Shown: positions 9,098-18,552 of the stretch, in pieces | Position numbering within the stretch: position 1 is the first letter of the stretch | Layout: each line of letters opens with the position of its first letter | NCBI GenBank assembly: GCA_021299075.1 | Contig: JAJTFU010000024.1 | Span: 1-37,494 of the forward strand | Direction: 5' to 3' | Length of the DNA stretch: 37,494 nucleotides | Origin: Novosphingobium sp. | GTDB lineage: Bacteria; Pseudomonadota; Alphaproteobacteria; Sphingomonadales; Sphingomonadaceae | Program-made: the position numbers and the translations under genes | Notes under the pieces: generated by a model | What the model was told of the DNA's origin: nothing | What the model saw: only the letters and a program-made list of their open reading frames with translations | The model's database searches: none

Positions 9098-9987
9098 GCG
9101 CGCGGCTTTGCCATGAAGCGCGGCCACAGCACACCCAGCGAAAGGCCCGCCATGACCAGGGCAAAGGCCAGGATCTTCCACCATTGCAGCGGCTCACCCA
9201 GCAATAGGGCGGAGGAACCCAGCCCGAAGACCGGCACCAGCAGTGCCATCGGCGCAACCGTGGCCGAGGGATGCTGGCTCAGCAGCCAGCCCCAGGCGGC
9301 ATAGCCGAACATGGTGTTGCCGACCGACTGCCAGACAACCGCCGCCCAGGTCTTGGCATCGGCCGCGGCGACGCCCGCCACGATCGCCGGCCAGCCTTCG
9401 GTCAGCAGCGCCATGGCGAACAGCGGCGGCACGGCGAAGACGCTCGACCAGACGACATAGTTCAGCATCGGCACCGGCCCGGCGGCGCGCGCGGTCATGT
9501 TGCCCAGCGCCCAGCTCAGCGCGGCGCCGACCACCAGCAGCAGGCCCAGCGGCGTGGCGCTGCCATCGGTGTGCCAGGCAATCGTGCCCAGCCCGGCGAC
9601 GGCCAGTGCCATGGCGGCGATCTGGTAGGGCGCGATCTTCTCACCCGTCAGCCGCATCGACAGGCCGATGGTCATGAACACCTGAACCTGCACCACCAGG
9701 CTGGCGAGCCCCGGCGTGATGTCCGCGCGCATCGCGGTGAACAGCAGCCCGAACTGCCCCGCCCCGATCAGCACGCCATAGGTCGCAAGGTTCTTCAGCG
9801 GCACGGCCGGCCGCTTGATGAACAGCGCGAGCGGCAGGAAGGCGAGGGCGAAGCGCAGCGTCGCCAACGTCAGCGGCGGCAGATGCGCCAGCGCCAGCTT
9901 GATCACGACGAAATTGGTGCCACAGACGGCCATGACCGCCAGCGCCAGCAGCAGGTGGAGCGGCGGCAGGCCTGGACGTGCGTTCAC
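9094..9987 (-). CDS. EamA/DMT family transporter
   Basis: About 10 hydrophobic segments; [31 protein letters not shown]. 4-bp overlaps with ispG and the GNAT. Confidence 0.88.
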   Translation of the reverse strand: MNARPGLPPLHLLLALAVMAVCGTNFVVIKLALAHLPPLTLATLRFALAFLPLALFIKRPAVPLKNLATYGVLIGAGQFGLLFTAMRADITPGLASLVVQVQVFMTIGLSMRLTGEKIAPYQIAAMALAVAGLGTIAWHTDGSATPLGLLLVVGAALSWALGNMTARAAGPVPMLNYVVWSSVFAVPPLFAMALLTEGWPAIVAGVAAADAKTWAAVVWQSVGNTMFGYAAWGWLLSQHPSATVAPMALLVPVFGLGSSALLLGEPLQWWKILAFALVMAGLSLGVLWPRFMAKPRA

Positions 9988-11009
9988 GCCGCCTTGCCGT
10001 GCAGGCTGTCCATGCTGGCGACAGTGCCGGCCTCGATCTCGGCGGCCTTTTCCTCGACCAGCTTGACGATGTGGTCGATCATCCCGTCATCCGAAACGTG
10101 GTGATCGGTCACGCCGCGCAGGTAGACCATGTGCTTGCCATTGCCGCCGACCGTGCGGATCACGTCGAAGCCCTGCCGCGCGCAAGAGGGGCAGGAGACG
10201 ACGCGGACGCCGCGAGTGCGCAGACCGAGGCTCTTGAGGATCTCGTAGCCGACCCGCACTTCCTCTTCCGGCTCGGCCGAAAGCGAAACGCGGATCGTGT
10301 CGCCGATCCCGGCCCACAGCAGGTTGCCGATGCCGATCGCGCTCTTGACCGTGCCGCCGATCAGGCCGCCAGCCTCGGTGATGCCCAGATGCAGCGGGCA
10401 ATCGACCGCTTCGGCCAGGCCCATATAGGCGCCGACTGCCAGGAACACGTCGCTGGCCTTCACCGCTACCTTGTATTCGTGGAAATCGTGGTCCTGCAGC
10501 AGCTTGATATGATCGAGCGCCGATTCCACCAGCGCCTCGGGGCAAGGCTCACCGTACTTCTCCAGCAGGTCCTTTTCGAGGCTGCCGGCGTTGACGCCGA
10601 TCCGGATCGCGCAGCCGTTGGCCTTGGCGGCGCGGACCACTTCGGCAACGCGCTCGCTGGAACCGATATTGCCGGGGTTGATCCGCAGGCAGGCTGCGCC
10701 GGCATCGGCTGCTTCGAGCGCGCGCTTGTAGTGGAAATGGATGTCGGCAACGATCGGCACGCGCGCCGCCTTGACGATCTTGGGCAGCGCCGTGGTGCTT
10801 TCCACATCCGGGCAGGACACGCGGATGATGTCGGCTCCGGCCTCCTCGCAGCGACGGATCTGGTTGATCGTCGCGACCGGATCAGAGGTCAGCGTGTTGG
10901 TCATGGTCTGGACCGTGATCGGCGCATCGCCGCCCACGGGAACCGAACCCACCATGATCTGCCGGGACTTGCGCCGCGCGATATCGCGCCAGGGTCTGAC
11001 TGAGGACAT
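9984..11009 (-). CDS. ispG: (E)-4-hydroxy-3-methylbut-2-enyl-diphosphate synthase IspG, with an in-frame deletion in the Fe-S domain (possible pseudogene or assembly error)
   Basis: [43 protein letters not shown] and SCPSCAR are present. The GCxVNGPGE segment is missing; 341 aa. Confidence 0.9.
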   Translation of the reverse strand: MSSVRPWRDIARRKSRQIMVGSVPVGGDAPITVQTMTNTLTSDPVATINQIRRCEEAGADIIRVSCPDVESTTALPKIVKAARVPIVADIHFHYKRALEAADAGAACLRINPGNIGSSERVAEVVRAAKANGCAIRIGVNAGSLEKDLLEKYGEPCPEALVESALDHIKLLQDHDFHEYKVAVKASDVFLAVGAYMGLAEAVDCPLHLGITEAGGLIGGTVKSAIGIGNLLWAGIGDTIRVSLSAEPEEEVRVGYEILKSLGLRTRGVRVVSCPSCARQGFDVIRTVGGNGKHMVYLRGVTDHHVSDDGMIDHIVKLVEEKAAEIEAGTVASMDSLHGKAA

Positions 11010-11068
11010 GCGGTGTCCTTAATGCATGGACCGCAGCAGGCAAAGCCCGATCCTTGTGACCAATTGGC

Positions 11069-11599
11069 CTAGAACAGCTGGGCGAAAAGAAACTCCTCGT
11101 CGAGCTGATCGCCGACGCGGAAGGTGATGTCGGCCACCTTTTCAAAGCCATAGCGGCGGTAGAAGCGGTGGCCGCCGTCGTTGTAGGCATAGACCGAGAT
11201 CTGCACTTCATCCGCCCCGCGCGCGGCGAACTCGGTCATCGCCCAGTCCATCAGCTTGCCGCCGATGCCCAGGCCGGTGGCATCGGGTGCGGTGTAAAGC
11301 TGCTTCAGCTCCATCACCCGCTCGCCCCGCGCGTGGTCCGGAAAGCCGCAGGTCAGGCCGATCTTGCAATAGCCCAGCAGCACACCGTCGCGCTCGGCCA
11401 GGCGGTAGACCCGGTCCGGGTTGGCCAGTTCGGCGGTAATCGCCGGTTCGGACAGGCTCTCGGCCAGGAAGCTATTGAGGTCCGCCTCCGTATAGAGCGG
11501 CCCGAACTTGGCCACGAAGGAATCGATCGCCAGCCGCGACAGGGCGCGAATATCGGCTGCGCTCGCCGGGCGCAGGATCAGAGCGTCTTGGTCATGCAT
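11069..11599 (-). CDS. GNAT N-acetyltransferase (PaiA-like)
   Basis: ELKQLY..ATGLGIG, N..GHRFYRRYGF. Start taken at MHDQDALILRP (11599). Confidence 0.8.
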   Translation of the reverse strand: MHDQDALILRPASAADIRALSRLAIDSFVAKFGPLYTEADLNSFLAESLSEPAITAELANPDRVYRLAERDGVLLGYCKIGLTCGFPDHARGERVMELKQLYTAPDATGLGIGGKLMDWAMTEFAARGADEVQISVYAYNDGGHRFYRRYGFEKVADITFRVGDQLDEEFLFAQLF

Positions 11600-12042
11600 A
11601 TCGAAAAGGGGTCTTCGGTATAGTCCGCGAAGGGCGGGCATTCGGTGAAGCCGTGGCGCTCGTAAAGACGCCGCGCCGGCAGGAAGGGTTCGGGCCGCCC
11701 GGTTTCCAGGCTGACCCGGCCATAACCGCGCGCCTGCGCCTCGCCAAGCAGGTGCAGCAGGATCGCCTTGCCAGCGCCCTGGCCGCGATAGTCCGGGTGG
11801 GCGCGCATCGATTTGAGCTCGCCGTGATCGTCGGCCAGGTGCTTGATCGCCCCGCAGGCGGCCAATCGCGCGCCGTCCCAGGCCGAGAAGAAGGTCACGT
11901 CCGGCTGCCGCAGCCGCTCGATCGGCATGGCGTGGACGCTCTCGGGCGGGGACCTCTGGTGCATCTCATCCAGGTGCAGCCGCAGCAGGGCGGCGATCTC
12001 CGGACCGGTCAGATCGTCTTCGGTAATGCGGTATTGGGGCAT
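11578..12042 (-). CDS. GNAT N-acetyltransferase (YedL/YsnE-like)
   Basis: SPPESVHA, GELKSMR, RGQGAG, SLETG, LYERHGFTECPPFADY.EDPFS.CM. Confidence 0.85.
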   Translation of the reverse strand: MPQYRITEDDLTGPEIAALLRLHLDEMHQRSPPESVHAMPIERLRQPDVTFFSAWDGARLAACGAIKHLADDHGELKSMRAHPDYRGQGAGKAILLHLLGEAQARGYGRVSLETGRPEPFLPARRLYERHGFTECPPFADYTEDPFSICMTKTL

Positions 12043-12250
12043 GGCGTGATTGTGCACAGCCAGCGCAGCGGGGCAAGCCCGAGGACAATCAGAGTAACGC
12101 TACGGAATCTTTGACTCCTGTGAAACGCAGGCGTAGCTTTCCCCCACTTGGTGCCGGTAAGAACCGGGTCGCCCGACTCCAGGCAAATTTGGTGTGACAG
12201 AACCGGCAGGGGGCCGGGCCCTGATCGCATCCGCAACAGGAGAGAAACCC

Positions 12251-12700
12251 ATGAAGCTGATGCTCAAGGCGGCCGTTCTGGCCGCAATCCTTTCGTTCGC
12301 CTATGCCACGCCGGTGCTCGCCGACGATCCCTGGCCGACCGAAGAGGGCGAATATGTGCAGGTCGGGATGATCTCGGTCGATGATGGCCATGATCTCGCG
12401 TATATGACGCATCTGGCGGGGCAGTGGCGCAAGGGCCAAGACTTTGCCAAGGCGCAGGGCTGGATTTCGGGCTACGAGATCCTCGTGAACATGAACAAGC
12501 GTCCCGGCGAACCCGATTACTACCTGATCACCCGCATCCCGCGGATCGTCGACAGTGCCGAAGCGAAGAAGCGCGATGAGGCTTACGACGCCCACATGAA
12601 GATGACTGTGGCCGAAGCACAGGCCGGCTCGGCTGCGCGGTCAAAGTATCGCACCGTCATGGGTAGCCAGTTGCTGCGCGCACTGGTCTGGAAGAAGTAA
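12251..12700 (+). CDS. Secreted hypothetical protein
   Basis: AGGAGAG RBS, signal peptide MKLMLKAAVLAAILSFAYATPVLA, GC3-biased codons. Confidence 0.75.
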   Translation: MKLMLKAAVLAAILSFAYATPVLADDPWPTEEGEYVQVGMISVDDGHDLAYMTHLAGQWRKGQDFAKAQGWISGYEILVNMNKRPGEPDYYLITRIPRIVDSAEAKKRDEAYDAHMKMTVAEAQAGSAARSKYRTVMGSQLLRALVWKK

Positions 12701-12714
12701 CCTGAACGGGGGCG

Positions 12715-12738
12715 CGGGCGGTGCTGGTGCGCCGCCCG
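12715..12738. terminator. Hairpin between convergent genes (terminator candidate)
   Basis: CGGGCGGTGC-tggt-GCGCCGCCCG, 10-bp stem with one G-U, weak U tract. Confidence 0.4.
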
Positions 12739-12746
12739 GGTCTTCA

Positions 12747-13640
12747 CTACCCGCGCGGGCGGCCCTGCGGATAGGTGCCCAGCACCAGCAGTTCCTTGCA
12801 GTGGAAGGCCAGCTCCTCAAGCGCGCGGTCGACTGCCGGATCACCCGGCGCGCCGACGATATCGGCATAGAACCGGGTCGCGGCAAAGCTGGCGCCCTTC
12901 TGGTAGCTTTCCAGCTTGGTCATGTTGACGCCGTTGGTGGCAAACCCGCCCAGCGCCTTGTAGAGCGCGGCCGGGATATTCTTCACCTCGAACACGAAAG
13001 TGGTCATCGTTACCGCGCCGGCGAGGCTGGCCGGATCGAGCGGTTGGCGTGACAGCACGACGAAGCGCGTCATGTTGTCGGCCGCGTCCTCGACATTCTC
13101 GGCAATGATCTTCAGGCCATAGAGCTCGGCGGCGATCTTCGGCGCGATCGCGCAGGCTTCCGGATCGCCCTGCTCGGCCACAAAGGCCGCGGCCCCGGCG
13201 GTGTCGGCATAGGCCAGCGGGACAATACCCCGCTCGCGCAGGAAAAACCGCGACTGGCCGAGCGCCTGGGGGTGCGAATAGGCCGCCTTGAAGGGACCAT
13301 CGCTGAGCGCCATCAGGTCATGGTGGATCGCCATGAAATGCTCACCGACGATGGCCAGGCCAGACTCGGGCAGCAGGAAGTGGATGTCGGCCACGCGGCC
13401 GTGCTGTGAATTCTCGATCGGGATGATCGCCCGCCCGGCGCGCCCGTCCTTCACTGCTTCCAGCGCATCCTCGAAACTGAAGCAGGGCAGCGGCAGGCAA
13501 TCGGGGGCATATTCGGTCGCGGCGCGGTGGCCGTTGCAGCCGGGCGCGCCCTGGAACGAAACGGCGCGGGCCGGATCGGCGGCCGCAGCGCGGACCATTT
13601 CCTCGACACGGGCGAGCGCAGGGGCGGGATAGGAATGCAT
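12747..13640 (-). CDS. pheA: Prephenate dehydratase
   Basis: FQGAPG, IPIENS, SHPQALGQ, DTAGAA, NMTRF, ACT domain NIPAALYKALGGFATNGVNMTKLES. Confidence 0.93.
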   Translation of the reverse strand: MHSYPAPALARVEEMVRAAAADPARAVSFQGAPGCNGHRAATEYAPDCLPLPCFSFEDALEAVKDGRAGRAIIPIENSQHGRVADIHFLLPESGLAIVGEHFMAIHHDLMALSDGPFKAAYSHPQALGQSRFFLRERGIVPLAYADTAGAAAFVAEQGDPEACAIAPKIAAELYGLKIIAENVEDAADNMTRFVVLSRQPLDPASLAGAVTMTTFVFEVKNIPAALYKALGGFATNGVNMTKLESYQKGASFAATRFYADIVGAPGDPAVDRALEELAFHCKELLVLGTYPQGRPRG

Positions 13641-13652
13641 GACGCGAAGCCC

Positions 13653-14609
13653 CTAGGCCGCGCGAGCGCGCTCTGCAAGCTGGCGGCGTCCCAGCAGTGG
13701 GCGCTCGCTGGCGCGGGGCGGCGGGGTGGCGGCTTCCCACAGGGCCTGGGCGACGTGCCACAGCTTGCGCGCGCCCGAGGTGTGGATGCGGTGATCCCAG
13801 GCATGTTCGCCGGCGGCATCGACCGCGCGGGCAATCTCGCCATAGATGCCCGCGGCGGCCAGCACGGCCCAGCGCTGGCGGAAGGCCAGCCGTCCCGCGC
13901 CGATCCGGGCCGAGGCTTCATAGGCCTTTTCCATCTCGCACATCCGGTGGGCCAGCGCGGCCAGCTGGCGGCGATAATGCGGCTTCATCTGCTCGCCGGG
14001 GGGAATGTCGGCCTCGACCAGCCATTCGAGCGGCAGGTAGCAGCGGTCTGCCGCGTCATCCTCGTCCAGGTCGCGGGCAATATTGGCGAGCTGGAAGGCC
14101 AGGCCCAGGTCACAGGCGCGGTCGAGCGTGTCCTCGTCATCGGGGGCAACGCCCATCACCACGGCCATCATCACCCCGACAGCACCGGCCACGTGATAGC
14201 AGTATTGCAGCAGGTCGGCCTCGGTTCGCGGGCGCCAGTCGGCTGCGTCGAGCGCGAAGCCGGCGATCACGTCATCGGCCATGGCGGCGGTGATCCCGCA
14301 TTCGCGCGCAACCAGGCCAAAGGCATCGAACGAGGGATCGCCGGCCGGTTCGTCAGCCAGGGCCTTGGCAGTCAGGTCGTAGATCGTCGCAAGACGGGCC
14401 TCGGCCCCGGCCTGCTCGCCCAGCGTGCCGCCGTGGTCCTGATTGTCGGCCAGGTCATCGCAGCGCCGGCACCAGGCATAGAGCAGCCAGACCCGCTCGC
14501 GCGTCGGGCGGTCGAACAGCCGGCTGGCCATGGCAAAACTCTTCGAGCCGCGCATGATCGATTGGCGGGCATGGGCAAGAAGTTCGGCGCGGTTGAGCGC
14601 CAGGCTCAC
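13653..14609 (-). CDS. crtB: Phytoene synthase
   Basis: GSKSF, LYAWCRRCDDLAD, YCYHVAGAVG, LGLAFQLANIARD..ED, RCYLP. Confidence 0.93.
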   Translation of the reverse strand: MSLALNRAELLAHARQSIMRGSKSFAMASRLFDRPTRERVWLLYAWCRRCDDLADNQDHGGTLGEQAGAEARLATIYDLTAKALADEPAGDPSFDAFGLVARECGITAAMADDVIAGFALDAADWRPRTEADLLQYCYHVAGAVGVMMAVVMGVAPDDEDTLDRACDLGLAFQLANIARDLDEDDAADRCYLPLEWLVEADIPPGEQMKPHYRRQLAALAHRMCEMEKAYEASARIGAGRLAFRQRWAVLAAAGIYGEIARAVDAAGEHAWDHRIHTSGARKLWHVAQALWEAATPPPRASERPLLGRRQLAERARAA

Positions 14610-15187
14610 AGATCGCTCGTCTTCATCGCGAAGATCGGGGTGTGCGGCTCGTGCGCTGCCATCCGGGTCAGCAGCAGATCCAGTTCGCTCTCCGCCATGA
14701 TGATCCCGGCATGGGCCGGACGGATAAAGCCGACTGTGATCATGTGATGGTTGAAGGCCAGCAGCTGGTCATAGAAGCCGAAAGCATTGAGCAGCCCGAC
14801 CGGCTTGGCGTGATAGCCGAGCTGCGCCCAGGAGACGGCCTCCCACAGCTCGTCCATCGTGCCAACCCCGCCGGGGATGGTCAGGAAGCCATCGGACAGG
14901 TTGGTGAAGGCCAGCTTGCGCTCATGCATGCCGGAAACAACGTGCAGCTCGGTGCAGCCGCGATGGGCGACTTCGGAATTGACCAGGGCTTCCGGGATCA
15001 CCCCGATCACTTCACCACCGGCTGCCAATGCGGCATCGGCCACCGCGCCCATCAGCCCCAGCTTGCCGCCGCCATAGACCACGCCGATCCCGCGCTCCGC
15101 CAGGGTGCGGCCGACATCGCGGGCCAGTCCGATGTAACGGGGATCGTCCGGTGTGGCCGATCCGCAATAGACCGCAAGCCGCCTCAC
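14606..15187 (-). CDS. LOG family nucleotide phosphoribohydrolase (TIGR00730)
   Basis: VYCGS, YGGG.LGLMG, MHERK, PGGVGTMDE. Confidence 0.92.
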   Translation of the reverse strand: MRRLAVYCGSATPDDPRYIGLARDVGRTLAERGIGVVYGGGKLGLMGAVADAALAAGGEVIGVIPEALVNSEVAHRGCTELHVVSGMHERKLAFTNLSDGFLTIPGGVGTMDELWEAVSWAQLGYHAKPVGLLNAFGFYDQLLAFNHHMITVGFIRPAHAGIIMAESELDLLLTRMAAHEPHTPIFAMKTSDL

Positions 15188-16713
15188 CGCAGGTCGTCCA
15201 CCATCAGCCGCGCCGTCGCCTTGGCGCTGCCGACCACGCCGGGAATGCCGGCGCCGGGGTGGGTGCCGGCCCCGACCAGGTAGAAGTTCTTCACCTTGTC
15301 ATCGCGGTTGTGGCCACGGAACCAGGCGCTCTGCGTCAGGATCGGCTCAAGGCTGAAGGCGCTGCCGAGATAGGCGTTGAGGTCCAGCGCGAAATCGCGC
15401 GGGGCATAGTGGAACTTGGTCACGATCCGGTCATGAATGTCGGGGATCAGGCGACGGCCGACCTCATCCAGGATGCGCTTTTCGAGCATCGGGCCGACGG
15501 TTTCCCAGTCGATCGGCAGCTTGCCCTGATTGGCGACCGGGATCAGCGCATAGAAGGTGCTCTTGCCCGGCGGCGCTACCGACGGATCAGTGACCGAGGG
15601 GTGGTGCAGGTAGATCGAGAAGTCCTGTGGCAGGACCCCATGCTCGTAGATATCCTCGAGCAGCCCCTTATAGCGCGGGCCGAACAGGATCATGTGGTGC
15701 GGAATGCCCGGCCAGGTTCCTTCCAGCCCGAAATGGACCACGAAGAGCCCGGGCGAAAAGCGCTTGCGCGCCAGGCTGCGCGCCATTTCCGGCCCGCGCG
15801 GGCTGCCCGAAAGCAGGTCGCGATAGGAATGCATGATGTCGGCATTGCTGGCGACCGCGTCGAAGCGCTCGGTCCAGCCGCTGGCGCATTCGACTTCGGT
15901 CACCTTGTTGCCGATCGTGTGAACCTGGACCACCGGATCGTGCAGCCGCATGGTGCCGCCCAGCCGCTCGAAATGCTTGACCATCCCGGCGATCAGCTGG
16001 TTGGTCCCGCCCTTCGACCACCACACCCCGCCGTCCTTTTCCAGCTTGTGGATCAGGGCATAGATCGCGCTGGTGGTCATTGGATTGCCGCCGACCAGCA
16101 GGGTATGGAAGGTCAGTGCCTCGCGCAGCTTCTCGCTCTTGATGAAGCTCGAAACCATGGAATAGACCGAGCGCCAGGCCTGGTACTTGGCCAGCGCCGG
16201 GGCGGCCTTGATCATCGAGGCAAAGTCCAGGAAGGGCACGGTACCCAGCTTGACATAGCCTTCTTCGAACACCCCGGCGGAATATTGCAGGAATTCCTCG
16301 TAGCCGGCGAGGTCACCAGGTGCGACGCGGGCAATTTCGCGCGCCAGGCCAGCTTCGTCGTTCGAATAGTCGAAATTGGTGCCGTCGGGCCAGTTGAGCC
16401 GGTAGAACGGCATGACCGGCATCAGCGTGACGTCTTCGGCCATGTCATGGCCAGTCAGTGCCCACAGCTCTTGCAGGCAGGGCGGGTCGGTGACGACCGT
16501 CGGCCCGGCATCGAAGGTGAAGCCGTCCTTTTCCCAGAAATAGCCGCGCCCGCCTGGCTTGTCGCGGGCTTCGACCAGCACGGTCTCGATCCCGGCCGAC
16601 TGCAGCCGGATGGCAAGTGCCAGGCCGCCAAAGCCGGCCCCGACCACGCAGGCGCGCTTGCCGGTGGGGACGGGGAGAGTCGGAACGGCGGGGACTACGG
16701 CTGTCATCGTCAT
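15184..16713 (-). CDS. crtI: Phytoene desaturase
   Basis: VVGAGFGGLALAIRLQ, FDAGPT, LLVGGNP, NFYLVGAGTHPGAGIPGVVGSA. Confidence 0.95.
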   Translation of the reverse strand: MTMTAVVPAVPTLPVPTGKRACVVGAGFGGLALAIRLQSAGIETVLVEARDKPGGRGYFWEKDGFTFDAGPTVVTDPPCLQELWALTGHDMAEDVTLMPVMPFYRLNWPDGTNFDYSNDEAGLAREIARVAPGDLAGYEEFLQYSAGVFEEGYVKLGTVPFLDFASMIKAAPALAKYQAWRSVYSMVSSFIKSEKLREALTFHTLLVGGNPMTTSAIYALIHKLEKDGGVWWSKGGTNQLIAGMVKHFERLGGTMRLHDPVVQVHTIGNKVTEVECASGWTERFDAVASNADIMHSYRDLLSGSPRGPEMARSLARKRFSPGLFVVHFGLEGTWPGIPHHMILFGPRYKGLLEDIYEHGVLPQDFSIYLHHPSVTDPSVAPPGKSTFYALIPVANQGKLPIDWETVGPMLEKRILDEVGRRLIPDIHDRIVTKFHYAPRDFALDLNAYLGSAFSLEPILTQSAWFRGHNRDDKVKNFYLVGAGTHPGAGIPGVVGSAKATARLMVDDLR

Positions 16714-17891
16714 GTTCTTTCGGTCATCGGCGCGCCAGTTGCAAGCAGCGCGCGCACCGCCCCCAGTACCGGCACGGGGGGCTTGCCCACCAGCACCCGG
16801 GCCTTGTCGGCCAGGGTGGAGCGGGCCGCATAGAACCGTTCGATCGCCGGTTCGGGCAGGCGGTAGAAATGTTCGAAGACCCGGTAGCGCTGATCGGGCG
16901 CGCCCGCGCCGAACAGCATCGTGCCGAGCATCCGGTAAAAGCCGGTGGCTGACCAGTGGCGCGCCGCTTCGCCTTCCAGCAGGGCCGCCAGCTGTTCACC
17001 GGGCAGGTCGGCCTCGCGCGCGATCAGCCGGGCGGTGGCGACGGCCTGGGGCAGGGTATAGCTGGTCAATGGGTGGACGAACCCGGCCCGCGCCCCGGCC
17101 CGGGCGACGCCGGGAATGCGCAGGGTTTCCTGCCAGGCGGCAAAATTGCCGCCGGTCACCACCGGCAGCACGCCGGTTTCATGGCCGAGCAATTCGCCGC
17201 TCCAGCCGCGCTCAGCGCAGTAGGCATCGATCCGGCTCGACAGCGCGCGGCGATCGAGCGCCGGGCTATCGGCGTAATAGGTGTCCTCGACGAACAGTTC
17301 GTCATGGGCCAGCGGCAGGACATAGACGAAGCGATAGGCCCCGTGCTGGGTGACCTTGGCGTCCATGATCACCGGGCGGGTCAGACCGTGCGGCACCTTG
17401 GTGCGCAGGTGGCGGCCCATGAAGACCTGCCAGCCGCCGGTCAGGTGCCGGCTCGGCTCGAACCCGCGGCAGTCGATCACGGTGCGTGCCGCAATCCGCT
17501 CGCCATTCTTCAGCGCCACCCCGTCCGTGCTGAGCGCTGCAACCTGCGCGTTGCAGCGGATCGTACCCGGCGCCAGTTCCCGCGCCAGGGCTGCGGCAAA
17601 GTCAGTTGAGGCGAGCGAGCGGTAAGATGACGAAAGCGTGCGAGAAAGGGCCGGGAAGCGGATATCATAGCCCTCATCCCAGCGGGTGGTACGCATCGTG
17701 CCGAGCAGGCTGGCCGCCTGATCATCGAGATCGCTGGCGAACCACGACCAGCGGTGATTGCCGCCGGGGCTGTCGCCGGCCTCCAGCAGCACGACATCCA
17801 GCTCGGGCCGCGCCCGGCGCAGCGCCAGCGCGATCAGCCCGCCGGAGAGGCCCCCTCCGGCAATCGCTATATCGTGTCGGTTCTTGCGCAT
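16710..17891 (-). CDS. crtY: Lycopene beta-cyclase
   Basis: IAGGGLSG, GGNHRWSWF, GWQVFMG, VIMDA, FVEDTYY, HPLTSYTLP, FYRLPEPAIERFYA, GKPPVP. Confidence 0.92.
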   Translation of the reverse strand: MRKNRHDIAIAGGGLSGGLIALALRRARPELDVVLLEAGDSPGGNHRWSWFASDLDDQAASLLGTMRTTRWDEGYDIRFPALSRTLSSSYRSLASTDFAAALARELAPGTIRCNAQVAALSTDGVALKNGERIAARTVIDCRGFEPSRHLTGGWQVFMGRHLRTKVPHGLTRPVIMDAKVTQHGAYRFVYVLPLAHDELFVEDTYYADSPALDRRALSSRIDAYCAERGWSGELLGHETGVLPVVTGGNFAAWQETLRIPGVARAGARAGFVHPLTSYTLPQAVATARLIAREADLPGEQLAALLEGEAARHWSATGFYRMLGTMLFGAGAPDQRYRVFEHFYRLPEPAIERFYAARSTLADKARVLVGKPPVPVLGAVRALLATGAPMTERT

Positions 17892-17948
17892 CCCGCGGCC
17901 TTGTAGCGGCGGGTCCCCCGCGTGCAACTGGCCTTTAGGCGTGCCCGC

Positions 17949-18488
17949 TCAGGCGTGCTTTGTGCCCACGGCGCGTTCCAGCGCCTCGACGATCAGCTGC
18001 TTGGCCGTGTCGACATTGCCCCAGCCCTTGATCTTGACCCACTTGCCGGGTTCCAGATCCTTGTAATGCTGGAAGAAGTGCTCGATCTGCTGGGTCACGA
18101 TCGGCGGCAGGTCATCGTGGCCAGCGACTTCGCGGTAATAGGGGAAAGTCGAATCGAGCGGCACGCAGACCAGCTTTTCGTCGCCGCCCTTATCGTCTTC
18201 CATCAGCAGCACGCCGACCGGGCGGACCTTGATCACTGCGCCGGCCAGGATCGGCGAGCGCGCGATGACCAGCGCGTCAAGCGGATCGCCGTCTTCACCC
18301 AGGGTATGGGGAACGAAGCCGTAGTTGGCCGGATAGCGCATCGGCGTGTGGAGGATGCGATCGACAAACAGCGCGCCGCTGGCCTTGTCGAATTCATACT
18401 TCACGGGTTCGCCGCCGATCGGCACTTCGATCAGCACGTTGACTTCGTGGGGCGGATTATCGCCGGCGGGGATCAGATCGATACGCAT
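17949..18488 (-). CDS. ppa: Inorganic pyrophosphatase (family I)
   Basis: [41 protein letters not shown]. Confidence 0.95.
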   Translation of the reverse strand: MRIDLIPAGDNPPHEVNVLIEVPIGGEPVKYEFDKASGALFVDRILHTPMRYPANYGFVPHTLGEDGDPLDALVIARSPILAGAVIKVRPVGVLLMEDDKGGDEKLVCVPLDSTFPYYREVAGHDDLPPIVTQQIEHFFQHYKDLEPGKWVKIKGWGNVDTAKQLIVEALERAVGTKHA

Positions 18489-18510
18489 GGCGCGCCCTTA
18501 GCCGGGCCGA

Positions 18511-18522
18511 TGCTGCACTGCA
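18511..18522 (-). promoter_or_regulatory. PhaR-like box upstream of ppa
   Basis: Minus strand reads TGCAGTGCAGCA, matching TGCRNYGCASMA (rhizobial PhaR motif as recalled), about 22 bp upstream of the ppa start. Confidence 0.3.
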
Positions 18523-18552
18523 ACAGCGGTTAGCGCCGGAACGGGCGGAAAA

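Noticed and set aside
11578-11599. 22-bp overlap of two GNAT genes as a possible frameshifted fusion
   Set aside because: Each ORF is a complete GNAT domain of a different subfamily, so ordinary translational coupling explains it.
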